A stretch of 64,000 nt of DNA, from contig OZ316892.1 in NCBI GenBank assembly GCA_973895155.1, positions 5,798,476-5,862,475 of the forward strand, written 5' to 3'. Made by a program: the position numbers and the translations under genes. Origin of the DNA: Marsupella aquatica (taxonomy: Eukaryota; Plantae; Marchantiophyta). Positions 51,011 through 64,000 of the stretch are shown here, one piece after another (within the stretch, counting starts at the first letter, position 1; each line of letters starts with the position of its first letter). The notes under the pieces were generated by a model, which was not told the origin of the DNA, made no database searches, and worked only from the letters and a program-made list of their open reading frames with translations.

Positions 51011-52473
51011 TCTTTGAATGTTGTGGATGTTGAAGTCTTACTCTCTATATTTTGTGAAGCTCATTCGTCTGCAGCCACACCTCTCCGTAGACACCCCATC
51101 ATCCACAAAGCAATTTTGCATCCTTTTCTTGCCTTGATATGCAAAAGCCTCTGGTTTGAGACTAAAGGTGCCATAAAAATTGCCCAGAGAGGCATGACTT
51201 TGTGGTAACTCACTTGAGTAGAGACTTATAAGTTTTGGGTTCAACTATTGTGGTTGACTCTTCCCTTTCCGTGAAGTTTCACAGATTTTCTTTAAAAAAA
51301 TAGATATATAAAAAAAATCATATGCATCAGAAATGATGTCCAAGGAAAGGTGCCATAAAATTGTCCTTTATCGGGTTTGAATTCAGCAGGCCGCCCTATT
51401 TAAAGGTTACTTGCCCAATGCCATTGTGCTGCACAATTGCTATTGCAGAACTGCTGTCTGGCTATATTGTTTGTGCAGAAGTGTTGTCATTTTGATAGTG
51501 TTGTATGTTCAACCATGTTGTTGTGGAAGTGTCGGTAAGGCATAAATATCATCATTTCATAGTGTTCTTGTTTTGACAGTGTTTTGCTCGGAAAGTGTTG
51601 TGGTTTCGATCATATACTGTGGAAATTAGTTGTCATGCCTAGGGAGACATGGGCGCAGGTTTAGCTAGGAGTATTCTGGGCACAAAAAGTTTTACTTGGT
51701 GCTTTTTTAAGGGGAAATCAGTGAAACTCCACGGAAAGGGAGGTAACAGAAACCACTTACAACATTTGAACCCCAGACCTATGAGGCCCTACCAAGTCAG
51801 GTACCGCTCAGCCATGCGTGCTTTGGCTGAGCACAAAAAGTTTAACCTGGAGCCCCTGACTCCTCTCTTCCTGCATTTTGTCCCTTTCTTTTCCGTTTTT
51901 CCTTTGTTTCCCTTATTTTTTCTCTCCCGTCCCCTCTTCCTGCCTTTCTCTTCTTGTCCTTTCATATACTAGGCTCAGGGATGGGCAAACACGGCTTCCC
52001 AAATATAAGCTTGAAAGGGGATGGGCACAGCAAGTACATTGGTCCCAAATATAGATGTTGGAGGGGCTAAAATATTGCTCCAACTGTGGATAAGGGATGG
52101 GCAAGAAAACTAACTCCAAATATAAGTTGAGGGATGGGCCAAACATGTTCATTTTAAACGTGAAAATCGACGTAGTTTATAGTAAGTCAATTGATCAGAA
52201 TCATTTTACAATTTCAAATGTTTTCTCCTTGATCAGATCTTCTCAGAAAGTTAGATATTTACTTTTAGAATATTACTCTAATTACTGGACGGAGAGAGTC
52301 TATCTCATCAAGCGAGTGGTTACTCTCTCTGGCCGTTCACACTAGAGTAACACGTGGATTCACAGAGCGAGCAAGATTGTCCTTTACACTGTTGACCGTA
52401 GTAACTTACCACGTCCCATGTAATACGTCGAACATTCCTAAAGCACATTCCAAAAAGATGCTCGCCAATGTTA

Positions 52474-52783
52474 CACCGGAATAGGGGCGGAGATGGCGGT
52501 GAGATCGCCGGACACTCTCTGCTGGCTGAGCCACTATTGTTAGCGAGGACGCACTACTGTAGAACCGTCTGCAGCGCCTAAATAGCGAAGAAATCAACGC
52601 TGACTACTGCTGCAACTAAAACTTCCACCGGATAGGGGCGGAGATGGCGGTGAGGTCGCGGGGCACTCTCTGTTGGCCAAGCCACTATTGTTAGCGAGGA
52701 CGCAGTACTCGTAGAACCGTCTCCACTCTCCACCGCCTAAATAGCGAAGAAAGCAACGCTGACTACTGCTGCGACTAAAACTC
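52474..52783 (+). repeat. Tandem duplication, 2 x ~152 bp, upstream of the carrier gene
   Basis: caccgga(a)taggggcggagatggcggtgag...cgcctaaatagcgaagaaa.caacgctgactactgctgc.actaaaact occurs twice. Confidence 0.9.
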
Positions 52784-53418
52784 CCCCGAGTCCTCGTGAA
52801 ACCTCCGTTCTTGGAAAACGTGTGCAACTGTGGCATATTTTATGGTTTCCGTCGAAGAAATTGGAGCGAGCAGACGGGGTTTTCCATCATGAGACCTCTC
52901 GTTGCGATCGACGAAGGAATCATCTGAATTGGGCGATCGACCAGCGCCTCGACGTCAGCCCGCTGCCAGCATTGTTGCGTTCTGGCGAGGAGGCAAAGCA
53001 AAGCATAGCGAAGGGAAGCGAAGTGAAGTGAAGTGAAGTGAAGCGAAGAGCATCGATGTCGGCTGGGTGGCCCCGGCAACGGCACATTTGGACGACGAAG
53101 TACTACTACTAGATGCGTTTTTGGTCGTCGAGGCGTTTCCGCGCAATTGGAGGGAGGAAAGACTGACTAGTGAAGGGGAGTGTGGTGTTTGTGAATCCCG
53201 AGGGTGTGGTCGTTTGGTTGGTCGCTGGTCCGCGCGAATTGGAGCGCTTAGTTTTATGGTGTCGTTCTCGTTCGTCGGCCCTCGTGACGAATCATCACCA
53301 GGAGGGCAAACCGCCGTCGAGGTCCGAGGCGGAGAGACGATTGAGGTGCAATGCTCAAGGCTGGGCCTGCAGACGGGTAGGGTTTGGGGTTATGTGCTGT
53401 GTGTAGCGGAAGAGGGAG

Positions 53419-56160
53419 ATGCAAACAGAGGCAACAGCAGCAGTTGCCGGAGGAGGGGTGTGCACAACGTCGCAGAGAATGCTGGCGTCCACCGCTGCGA
53501 TTGATGAGTCTCTCAGAGCAGAGACGGATGGGGCCGTATCTGCTGCGGCTCGGTCCGATTTCATGAGGGGTTTGGTGCGCCCCTCGCAGATTGGCACCAT
53601 CACCCAATTACTGGCGGGGGGCATTGCAGGGGCCGTGGGCAAGACCTGCACTGCTCCCCTTGCCCGACTCACCATTCTTTTCCAGGTATTACACCGTTGA
53701 ATTGACTGATTGGGTCTTGCTCCTCTCCATCCACTAGTTAGGGTCTCTGTGTTTCTTTTGCTTAATGCCCCCCCCCAGTTCTCGGCTTTTCTTCATTGTG
53801 TAGGTCTTCAACTTGGTCTACCTCGTATTAATAGTTGTGAACGCAATGCATGAATGACAGGTTCAGGGGATGGTTAATGATGGTGCCAAGTTGAGTCGTC
53901 CACGAATTTTCAGTGAAGCTTCAAGAATATTGAGGGAAGAGGGGATTAGGGCATTTTGGAAAGGAAATGGTGTCACTATTGTCCATCGACTTCCCTATTC
54001 ATCCGTTAACTTCTTCGCCTACGAGCAGTACAAGATGGTAGGCCAATGAAGTAGAAGGCAATTCATTGGTATTGTACTTCATTTAGCATGTGGTCATCAA
54101 TGGCTATAGACAAGGAGTGAGAATTTTATCTGCCAAGCAGCCAGGACCACTATATGGTTGGGACGGGTCTTTGCACAACGAAATCACTCTATTACCTGCT
54201 GCTTCATTCTTAGGCTAAGAGGTCGTTCAGCTAGATTTTTGTTCTATAGGATGTCTTCTAAGTGTTCTCTGCAATTCTTCCGCTTACAGTACCTGAGGAG
54301 CGCACTCGGTATCGAAGGCAAACCGGAGAGTCTTGGAGTTGATATGGGGACGAGACTTTTAGCTGGCGGAGCAGCAGGTTGCACAGCTGCGTCTTTGACT
54401 TACCCCCTTGATCTCGTCAGAACCCGTTTGGCAGCACAGGTATGTGGACGAGGAATCTCTCATAACATAATCCCTGTTGTAGTGAGGATCAGTTTAGTGG
54501 TGTTGGTGCAGACGCTGTCCTCAAGGGCTGTTTGTTTGTTTGACTCAGTAAATTAAATTACCTAGTCTAGTCAGCTCAGCGGGTCATTTATGTAAAGATG
54601 TTGATTAGTTTTGTTATATAAATAGTAGCCCTTAGGAGATTGGCATGAGTGCTGGCTTTGCCTGACGATTACTCGAGGAAAGTTTACTCTAAAGTTGATG
54701 GGGCTTAGCATTGTGCCTGTAAGTTTCGAAAGCTTTCAAGTCTAGAACGTAAACTCTGCTGCAGTGACCGGCTGATTGACCTCAAGGAGTCCTGGTCTTG
54801 GATCTACAGAATCTCAGGCTCGGACAAAACCCTGTGGTCAATTTTTCTAGAAGAAGATCTTTCCACTGAAATTTTTTTCATCAGAAACATTTATGAAAGG
54901 TATAAGTATTATTTGACATTTCAACTCTGATGGGTATCACATTCATGACATGTCCTTCCGTTGTGGAAGTCTTTGGTCTGATTTTTTTTCTGGGTATCAT
55001 GCTTGTAGACGAACGTGATGTACTACAGAGGTATCACGCATGCTCTTCTCAGAATTTCTCACGAGGAAGGTCTCAAAGGCCTGTACAAGGGTCTTGGAGC
55101 GACATTGCTGGTAACTATCTGCGTCTAGTCCAAATTCTGAGTTTTTGCGTCTGGAGTCGTCGTTTCAGCCCTAGTCTACAACTTGCGTTGTATTTTCGTG
55201 CTGACCTTACTTCCGATGGTTAGATGCTGTCTTTAGTGACTGGCTTGGTGTGAGGAGACTATGCCTAACAGCCGCATTTTTTTGGTATTTTTGAGCTGTC
55301 ACAGGGAGTTGGACCCAACCTGGCAATTAATTTTTGTGTGTACGAGACTTTGAAGTCGCTATGGCTTGAAAATAGGTGAAGTCAAGACTCTGTATTCTCG
55401 CCCAGGTTTTGGTAGTGGGTACGGAGAGCAGTTTTTCATTTTCCATGCCTTAGAAGATGTAGAGCGTGGTATCCAGTGACCTTGATGAGTGTGGAGAGCG
55501 AGATACGATGTGCTTTTGCTTTCCAGAGCACTTCAGAATTTATATGAACTGAATCATTGGGTTGACATTCCTAAGCATGGGAACTGACTTTTTATGTTGC
55601 TCTACTTTCAGTCCCACCTCTTCTCCCATTGCCGCGAGTCTAGCTTGTGGCAGCATTGCAGGAATATGCTCGTCAACAGGTAATTTACCGGCTGATTTCG
55701 TCTTCCATGGTTCTCTCTACACCCTCTGCTAGTTTTCCTTGCAACTTTCTCCCTCTGTATTATGTGTTCGATGTCTGAAGCTCCCAAAGAATGTCGGAAG
55801 CAGACTATACCGCATGGCCTTAGGAGCTTTTGTGACGGATGTCGATTTGCAAGTTTACCAATAAGATTGAAGCTTTGGCAGAGAATTGAGTTCTTGTTTG
55901 GCCGTGCAGCAACTTTTCCGATCGATCTGGTGAGGAGGAGAATGCAGTTGGAAGGCGCTGGTGGAAAAGCTCGTGTATATAAGTCTGGGCTCGCTGGCAC
56001 TTTCAGTCACATTGTTAGGACGGAGGGATGGTTCGGTCTTTACAGAGGTATCATTCCGGAATACTACAAAGTCATTCCAAGTGTGGGGATTGTCTTTATG
56101 ACTTACGAGCTCATAAAGCAAGTTTTGTGCCCCCAGACTTATGATGACGAAGAAGCTTAA
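53419..56160 (+). CDS. Mitochondrial substrate carrier (SLC25/MCF); exons 53419-53685, 53861-54037, 54290-54439, 55009-55110, 55305-55375, 55612-55679, 55910-56160
   Basis: Three carrier repeats with PLARLTIL, PLDLVRTR and PIDLVRRR, plus EG..(F/L)(W/Y)(K/R)G motifs. GT-AG introns. Confidence 0.93.
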
Positions 56161-56489
56161 ATGATAGTGGAGTTGGAGTAATGTATTGTTATTGTTCCCT
56201 TCCAAACATTTATACGAAATTAGTTCAAATAGATTGAGATACGATGATAGGTTGAAATTATACGGTTTTTTGGGAACAGGAGTGATCAATAAATGCATCC
56301 CTCGCACAATATGTATATCTTAGATTAGTCCGTTATGTTGGGTCATAAGCGAGCAATTGAAAGTCAAAAAGTAGAAAGAGAGAAAGCAAAGTTCTGTTTG
56401 TGGATTTGCAAACCAGTAGTGCCGGTTCACTTGAATCTAGCTCGCGAATCTAAGACTTACCAACGATATTATTCCGTGCAAGGGCAGGA

Positions 56490-56975
56490 CGACTAGTGAT
56501 TATATGCTACACCAAATATCATCATCTCGTGTGCCATTCTTGTCTAATTTTGACTAGTGATTATCTGTTAAACCACATATCATCCTCTAGTGTGCCGTTC
56601 TTCTCTTTTTTCTGCTAAAGAGTTCTACTAGCTAATACAGCCAGCAATTATTAGCCAACACACACCAAGACTGTAATAGACAAGAAAGTTGGGGCTAATT
56701 GGAGAACTCGTTGATATAAGAAAACTTATTTTTATTGACTACAACTGTGATGGGTTTTCCTGTGACTGCTAAAACAAACACATGTGGAAATGATTATGTC
56801 GCCTACATCTACGGTGAGACGAGAATGGACGTATCAAGCTCAAAAAGACGATCTTAACCTAGATCTTGTTTGTTAAGTAATGATTATGTCACCACATTAC
56901 GGTGAGACAACAGAATGGGTGTATCAAGCTCAGGAAGAATATCTTAAACCTTTATCTTGGATCTTGTTTGCCCTT
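56490..56975 (+). repeat. Two short tandem duplications downstream of the carrier gene
   Basis: gactagtgattat..(~60 bp) x2 at ~56490-56605, and aatgattatgtc...gatcttgtttg (~90 bp) x2 at ~56788-56972. Confidence 0.75.
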
Positions 56976-57626
56976 AGACCTCTCTTTGTATTTTGCAAAA
57001 GTTTGTATAAATCGAAAGAGTGTCATCATCAAAACTGCTTGTATCTTGGATCTTTTTTCGAGTATTGGCCTCTCTTTGTCTTTGCATAAGTCTGTACAAG
57101 TACAAACAGTGCCATCATCAAAACTGCTGATGTGTTGAGCATCATGTTTGGTAATGTTTATCTTCATGCACCAGTCTCATGTGTGTGGAATGAATGAACG
57201 GCTTGGGATAGTTTGTTGTTTGATCGCCTCTAAGCACTGTTAAATTAAAACCCTAGGAGGGCCTGCCAGAAGTTGCCTCCCATGTAAGTTTGGGCGTGCC
57301 TCAGTGTTGCCCGCCCCTGCCCTCTCTTGCCAAATGAAGTGGATAACTTTGATAGTCCAATCTTGAGATGCTTAGACGGACTGTGACAAAGAAGCAGGTT
57401 AAATGTACTCATGACAAAGAAAGTACGTGGTAGAATGTACTCGTAGGGAATACCGATTTGGGTGGGGCTGTGTTCTAGCCGCTCTTCCCCAAAGACGAAT
57501 GGGGCCACTGCTCACCTGGACATGATCAGAGTCACAAATAATTTTTTTCCAGTTCCAGTTTGTAATTAGTGCACCTGTGGGGACGCTCCAAGCTGATTGC
57601 TAGTGCGGAGGAGAATTTTCCAATAA

Positions 57627-59034
57627 GAGAACCTCCAGCGATTAGAGGTGAATGACTGCCCAAAATTCAGCCCGTCATTTGGAGGCCCCAAAATTAGAAA
57701 CACTCCCATAATGGATTCAATCACCAGTAGTTCCACCCTTCTTTTATCTCTATCCTCTCCAAAGTAATGTGTTGTTTACCCAGGTTCAAAATGGTCTTGT
57801 GACATGTGGTGTAATCAATGACATAGATGGGAATACAGGTCAGGATAGAGATATTCTCTCCTAGTTGCCATTTCTACCAAATATGGCAGCAAGTGCTGTG
57901 AAAAATGGAGGCTTGTTGCCATTTATTTAGGGAAGCCATTCCTCTAAATTAGCTCATATATGCTCATTTTAGCACTTGTAGACTCATTTGACCCACAGGT
58001 GGTGATGCTCTAAGGGTGGGGTTTAGTTTCATTTTGACTATCACTGTTCTTACGGCAAGCTAAAAAATGGGCCTTGTTAGAAGGACGCATTAAATCTACA
58101 ATCTACACTACTCTCAGTACACAAACCAAGACACACTTTCCTTTGCGTCACTTGGTTTGCGGGGCACAATAACCTGTTGTCTGGTAACACCATGATGAGG
58201 TGTAGATTTGACACCTAGTTTAGGGTATTCTCTGGAATATTTTTCCATGTATTCTTGCTTAAAAATATCTCAAGTGCTATAATTTGAATTTGCATACTTG
58301 ACTCTAGCAAAGAATCAAACTTTTTGTGTTGGCTTAAAGTGCCTTCCCATTTTCCCCCCATTTGCACTCATCCTAAAATTTTATTTTCTGGGCTTTGGTG
58401 CACAATTTCTTTATTTTTGAGCAAAACAGCAAAATAACACTTCTTCCCACAATTCATGCAAACTTTCCTTGGGGGTTGTCTTGCTAGAGCAAAATGTGAC
58501 AATGATTTATTTCCAAAATATATACATGGAAAATCACTTCCATTGAATACACCTGGTTGACTGACATACCTAGCTCTACTTACCATGTAAGAATCATACA
58601 AGAAGAATAATACTCACACCAGTGATGAAGGAGGGCTGACAAGGGCCCCAGTGCCCCACTATGCCCCACTGATAGCATCTCCAGCAGTAGGGTCAAGTGC
58701 ACCTCTAACCTTTAAAAAGAACATATAGGGATGGCTTCCCATGGGTGCCCCCTATCCCAAAGATTCAGCCAGCCTCCATTTTTACAACCCCAGACCTCTT
58801 CTATCCTGACCTCTATTCTCATCTACTTGAGAGATTTCACATGTCACAAGATCCTGGATATGATTGAGATGTTGAACCTCAACACATCATTTTGGAGGGA
58901 CAGAGGTCAAAAGAAAGTGGTGAACTGCTGCTGATTGAATTCAATATGCAGGTTTTTCTAATTTTGAGGCCTCCAAATGATGGGCTATATTTTGAGTTTA
59001 GCAGTCATTCACCCCTAAAGCACTCGAGATGCTC
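57627..59034. mobile_element. PIF/Harbinger (Tourist-like) non-autonomous element
   Basis: ~75-bp imperfect TIRs (gagaacctccagcgattagaggtgaatgactgc..atttggaggcc..aaaattagaaa vs tttctaattttgaggcctccaaatga..gcagtcattcacccctaaagcactcgagatgctc). Left flank is TAA; right flank is TTT, so the TSD is imperfect. Confidence 0.65.
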
Positions 59035-59608
59035 TTTGTCCATTTGAAAAGTGGGGGTCATGTCAAGGATATGTTTTACTGGAGGGGGCCATCAAGTCTT
59101 TCGTTGTTTTGTAATCTTGCAGAAGCTTGAGCGAGAAGTTTCAGGTTTTGCTGCAGAGAAGAAAATGTCAACCCGTTTGCAACGAGATACTGACAAGAGA
59201 AAACTTGCACCGGCAGCGCAGAAGCTGTCTGTCGATTCTCGTCCCCGTCAGCTTGGAATTCTCAGAAGAAGATGGCGCAAATTGCAATGACAGTTTTCCA
59301 CGAGGTCTGGTCTGTTTGCAGTTCTAGAAGAACCTCTGTACTTTGCTCCAATCTAGACGAATTGGGTGGTTTGTAGCAATTCCGAATTCGACGGAAGCTG
59401 ACAGGAATTCGAAGGCGATTCAGTGTGACTTCGGAATCCAGAGAACCAAAGCTCGGTTGGAATCATAAGTTTGAGAATTGAGAGGTTATATGTGACAACC
59501 AATTAATGACAGCTCGAGGAACCGTGAGAGAGTTTGACTAGACGGCTAGGAAGACGCTGTTCGATGGGAGTGAGGAGAGTACTGTAGTGTGGAGCAACGC
59601 TTTAAGTT

Positions 59609-61846
59609 ATGCAAGTGTGTTCAGCAGCAATCAGAGGTTCACATGCAACGCTGACAGGTCTGAGAACGTTCTCCCGGAGGTCGAAACAGGTTCCAACAGA
59701 AATCCGTCGAGCAGTGGCAAGTAAGAGCTCACCAACGCCACCTCACAGTCTCGGAGCAGCGGCAGCGGGCGAAGAGCGAGGGAACAAAGGTTCTTCTACT
59801 ATGGTCGATGGCACGCTGAATTATCGTGTCCGGAAGAGAAGGCAATTGGCAGTTGTCGAAGGGAAAGAGAAACCGTCTAAAGCGGAATGTCATGCTCCAA
59901 ACCTACCTCCGAGTAGTGAGGATGATCTCCCGAGTGTTGCAAGGCTGGTGGCCAATGAGTCGCCATCAGTTGTTGCAGTTGCTGCTGTTACCAGCGTTGA
60001 GAAGTCTAGTGCAAGAAGACAGAGCGCCCGGGTTTTGAAACGGGTTGCAGAGGCAGAAGAACAGAAATTAGAAGTGTTGGGTGCTGTTGAGCCATCTGTG
60101 AGCCGCTCCAGATCGGTTCGAAGAGCACCTAGAAAGAATGCTGCTGCTGTGCCTAAGGAGGCTCAAGAAGCAGCAGAGATGGATCTTCTTTCACCGCCAT
60201 TAACTACAACTGCAACTACTACTACGACTTCGACTACTACTGACTTCTGGCACTCTTCTCTGTCAGACGGTTCAGCAGGTAAGGCAGGTACATGACAAAT
60301 GTGGTGCTGAGGATGGGTTTCGATGGAGAATGAAGTGTAAAAGTCTTTGTTTGTAGCGCAACATTCATGTAGGAGAGCTGCATCGCACTGTCGAGCTGAA
60401 GAATATAGTGCTTAGGTTGGAATTAGATGGAGAAATGAAACAACTACCCACAAAAAGTGTTTGTCTGAAAATGTTGCCACACATTACATTCGTTCAAATC
60501 TGCAGCGCAGGAAGGTAATGAGATTTGATGGACATGGCCATATTGATTGGTCACAGGTGCTGCGGCCGTCGTCAGGGATTTGGTGGCGGATTCTGCAATG
60601 ATGTTGCCAATCATGGCAGGGAAGACTCTGTTTGCTGCAGAGGAGCTTGCCAAAGCCGTGGAGCATCTAAAATCTGTAGATCCTCTGCTGAAGTCGGTTA
60701 TTGAGATGCACGATGCACCTAAGTTCGAAAAATGCGAGAGTGCTTTCACGGCCTTGTGCCGTAGTATCGTGTTTCAGCAACTTGCGACGAGGGCCGCATC
60801 TGTTATCTTTGGCCGCCTCGTGACTCTCTGTGAGGTTAGTTCTTCTTTTGATTTGGGTTGCCCGTACTACTGTACTGATGTTTGACAGAACATACATATT
60901 TACCAGTTTGCTGCTCCAAAATCTGCTCGTGATGGTCGCCTGAACTTTGGCGTGGGGTGTATGTCCCTACAGTTTGCTCTCACCTCTTGACCTCCACTTG
61001 CAGTGGAACCCTTCAACAAAATAATGGCTCAGTTGTTGCTTTTGAATCTCTGAAGTACGAAGGATTTATTCAAACACTATTTAGTGCATGACTGCAAGAT
61101 GACTGGGTCAATGCTTGGACTCCACTTTACCTTGTCACATAGTTGTCATTGAGCCACGTCTCGTATGGATTTGTTATTCAAAACGAAGTAGGACAGCCTC
61201 GTATCCTTGTGACTAACCAATCGAAAGGGATCCATGCTGATATCTGATGGTTAGTTCAAGGTGGAGAAAAGGTTTTATGTGTGTGTAGACTATCCAATTT
61301 TCTGAGGTGTTGTTTTGGTGATTTTGATGCATGATCCATCTCTTCTTGTGCCCATGTAACGGAGCACCTGAGTCTTTTAGTCAGCTGCCCTAATATCTGT
61401 TTGTGCGTATGCAGGGCTTAGATAACCTCACACCAACTACTATATCTCAATTATCTGCAGAGCAATTGCGAGCGGTAGGTATATCAGGGAGAAAAGCAAG
61501 CTATCTTCATGACTTAGCAGCTAACTTTCTGTCGGGAGCTTTATCAGATTGTTCCATACATGAAATGGACGACGAGTCTCTCATGAAGGCACTGGTAGCT
61601 GTTAAGGGCATTGGAATGTGGTCTGTTCACATGTTCATGCTGTTCTCCCTTCACAAACCAGATGTTCTACCCGTCACTGACCTCGGTATTCGAAAAGGAT
61701 TTCAAAAACTCTACAAATTGAAAGAACTGCCCACTCCAGATCAAGCAGAAAAGATAGCATCTAGTTGGCAACCATATAGATCATTGGGATCTTGGTACAT
61801 GTGGCGTGTGTTGAGTAATACTCCTATTGTAAAAGTGTCAGACTAG
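59609..61846 (+). CDS. DNA-3-methyladenine glycosylase (AlkA-like, HhH-GPD); exons 59609-60278, 60557-60834, 61415-61846
   Basis: 'ALCRSIVFQQLA..AA..IF.R', 'LRAVGISGRKASYLHDLA', HhH 'LVAVKGIGMWS', 'DVLPVTDLGIRKG', 'WQPYRSLGSWYMW'; long low-complexity N-terminus. Confidence 0.92.
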
Positions 61847-64000
61847 GTTCTGCCAAAACAAGTCTATCAAGGCTAGTTATGAAGGCATCATAATCTAAAA
61901 CTGATGTTACTGAACATTGAACACCTGAAACATATTCGTGTTCTCATGTGGTAAGCTATACGGTACTGGGCATGATTTCAGTAGTCAATTGAAGGTTTTC
62001 AGTTTTTCTAACAAAGGGACATCAAAGACAGTCGAGCGGAACATGGTCAAACTGGGTTAGGAAAGTGTCCTGTTCTTCAATTTGGTGCAAGACACATCAG
62101 GAGGACGCTGAACTTAAATGAAGTCTGGGAGAAATGTTTCCACTCCGTGAGTCATTTATGTATTGTGGAGCATATTTGTACAGTCACATTTTTGTAATCA
62201 CTACTCCTGAATGATTATGAAATTGCCTTCAGTGTAGATTGCATTGCCTAAAAGTTTATGACGAGGACTGAGTTAGGCTTAGAACCATCCCTCATTATTC
62301 AAGCTGACCTGACTGTTGTTAACACTCTCAGACGATGAGTAATGGAGGATTCTTTTAAAACCCATGTTTGTGGCTTTACCTCTTAAGCCACAAGAGAATA
62401 AAGCCACATCTCTTAAAATGATTTCTCAGATGTGGCTTTTCTCATGTTTGTGGCTTTATTTCTCAGGCCATGAAATCATTTCATGGCGTGTACTCCGATT
62501 TATCAACTTTCTGTACTTATTATTTCTTTCCAAATTCCCTCTGGACGGTGAAAGAAGTACCAGCTAATATAATGAGATTGAAGACCAGAATTCTGAATCC
62601 TCCGTGTTGCCTAGTTACTTCATGAATACGATATCAGCTAAATCTTGTGCGTCAATTTCTAGTTGCCCTTGCTAGGGCAAGAATCACTCTCTGGTCTCCC
62701 ATAACGATTTTGTTTTCCACAGAGTCATTAGCTTCCGATCCCTTCCCAACCGGGAGTCTCTACAAATCATCTACTATCTGCCCCCGAACACAAGGCCTTG
62801 TTTAAGGTGAGCACATTGCCAGCTTACTCAAGTCTGAATCTCAACCTCACGGCATGGCATTTTGATGGAGCTAGGTGGTTTTTAGAGACGAAAGCTCAAA
62901 ACTGACGACATTTGCCGGGCGAGCATGTTCGCTAAAGATTTATTGAGCTGAAGTCCGTCTACCAGCTTTAGACACATGACGACCTGATTTAACAACCAAT
63001 CTGTCAAGGTTCAGCAGTTGAATGTACGTGGCGAAGGAGAAATTTGGAACATACTAGACTGCTGTTTTATGCCCCCAAAATAAGCAATTTGTTTGACTCT
63101 TCGTGAACTCCAGATGTTGAAGAGCGCAAATGCAGAGACGAATGTATTTTGTGTATAACAACCTATGCTTAGTCTTCTGCGGTGAGATTATCTGCCAACA
63201 CCTTCATTCTCGAAACCGGCTTCAATATTAAAAGTCAAAACTTGGCCTCTGGATTCATGATAGCTGATCGCTCCTTTCCAATCTTGTAAACTTCGAAGCC
63301 TTCCTGAATGACGTAGACTACAATTGAATTGTGGTCTCCTGATTGTCAATAGATGCTAACAAAACAGGATGCAACCCCCAAAGGTTCCAGTTCTTTTCTC
63401 TGACTTGTTTTCTCTATCCTCTCAGTCTGGGATTTGACACCTTTGATGTTGAGGTTGGCAAGCCTCGAAGCTTTCCATGTGAACACTATTTATGGGTGAA
63501 GTAGATCGAAATGAAAATTTTAATATTGAATGAAGTCACTCAAAGGCTATCTGAAAGGAACAAAGTAGGAAACCTACCTTAGGTTGAATATGGAAGGCCC
63601 TTACCAGGGCATTATGGGAATAAGTTATCGAGACTGGGGGCAAGGGGCTTGATTCCCTGGATACACAAATTCCCTGACAGAAACCTTGAGAGATTATGGG
63701 AAAATGAAAAAAAAGCTTGCCACAAAGTCAACCCCCCAAGACCACGCTTTGTAATTTAGTCATTTGTCCCACTATTTACGCAAAAATTGTTGCAAACACA
63801 AATGTGGCAGTTATTTTCATTCACAAAAATGTATAATCATGTTTGTCGCAGATTATGGTGACATGGCGGATTGTGGTGCCTTGAATTTTGCATAGGACCC
63901 CTCATGTGTACATAACCAAAAACAGAAAATCTATTAAACTTGTAATTATAAAAGACTTCAGCATTTTGGAATTTTTATATACCTTCAAACACACAAAAAA

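Noticed and set aside
28296-61846. Functional gene cluster (BCD1, TTLL12, pentapeptide protein, Hv, carrier, AlkA)
   Set aside because: Unrelated housekeeping functions in different compartments; nothing in the sequence indicates co-regulation.

Overview
Eukaryotic, intron-rich land-plant DNA. The gene content and intron style suggest a non-seed plant such as a liverwort or other bryophyte; this is inference only. The first ~27 kb is repeat-rich. It holds two LRR receptor-like kinase copies (a decayed fragment cut by a long-TIR foldback element, and a near full-length pseudogenised gene), an acyl-activating enzyme gene, two inverted Helitron remnants with Pif1-helicase fragments, and nested LINE-like and tRNA-SINE-like insertions with target-site duplications. 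The remainder is gene-dense: BCD1-like zf-HIT snoRNP assembly factor (-), TTLL12 (+), a lumenal pentapeptide-repeat protein with a probable GC-AG intron (+), an intronless Hv1-type proton channel (+), a mitochondrial carrier (+) and an AlkA/HhH-GPD glycosylase (+), with minisatellites and a Harbinger-like element between them. I found no CRISPR array, rRNA, intact tRNA or prokaryote-like operon, and I cannot support a wholly new multi-gene system. The best leads are the RLK pro-segment carrying an RRRL motif, the two-arginine Hv channel, the cyanobacterial-type pentapeptide protein and the nested transposon architecture. All coordinates were read by eye.
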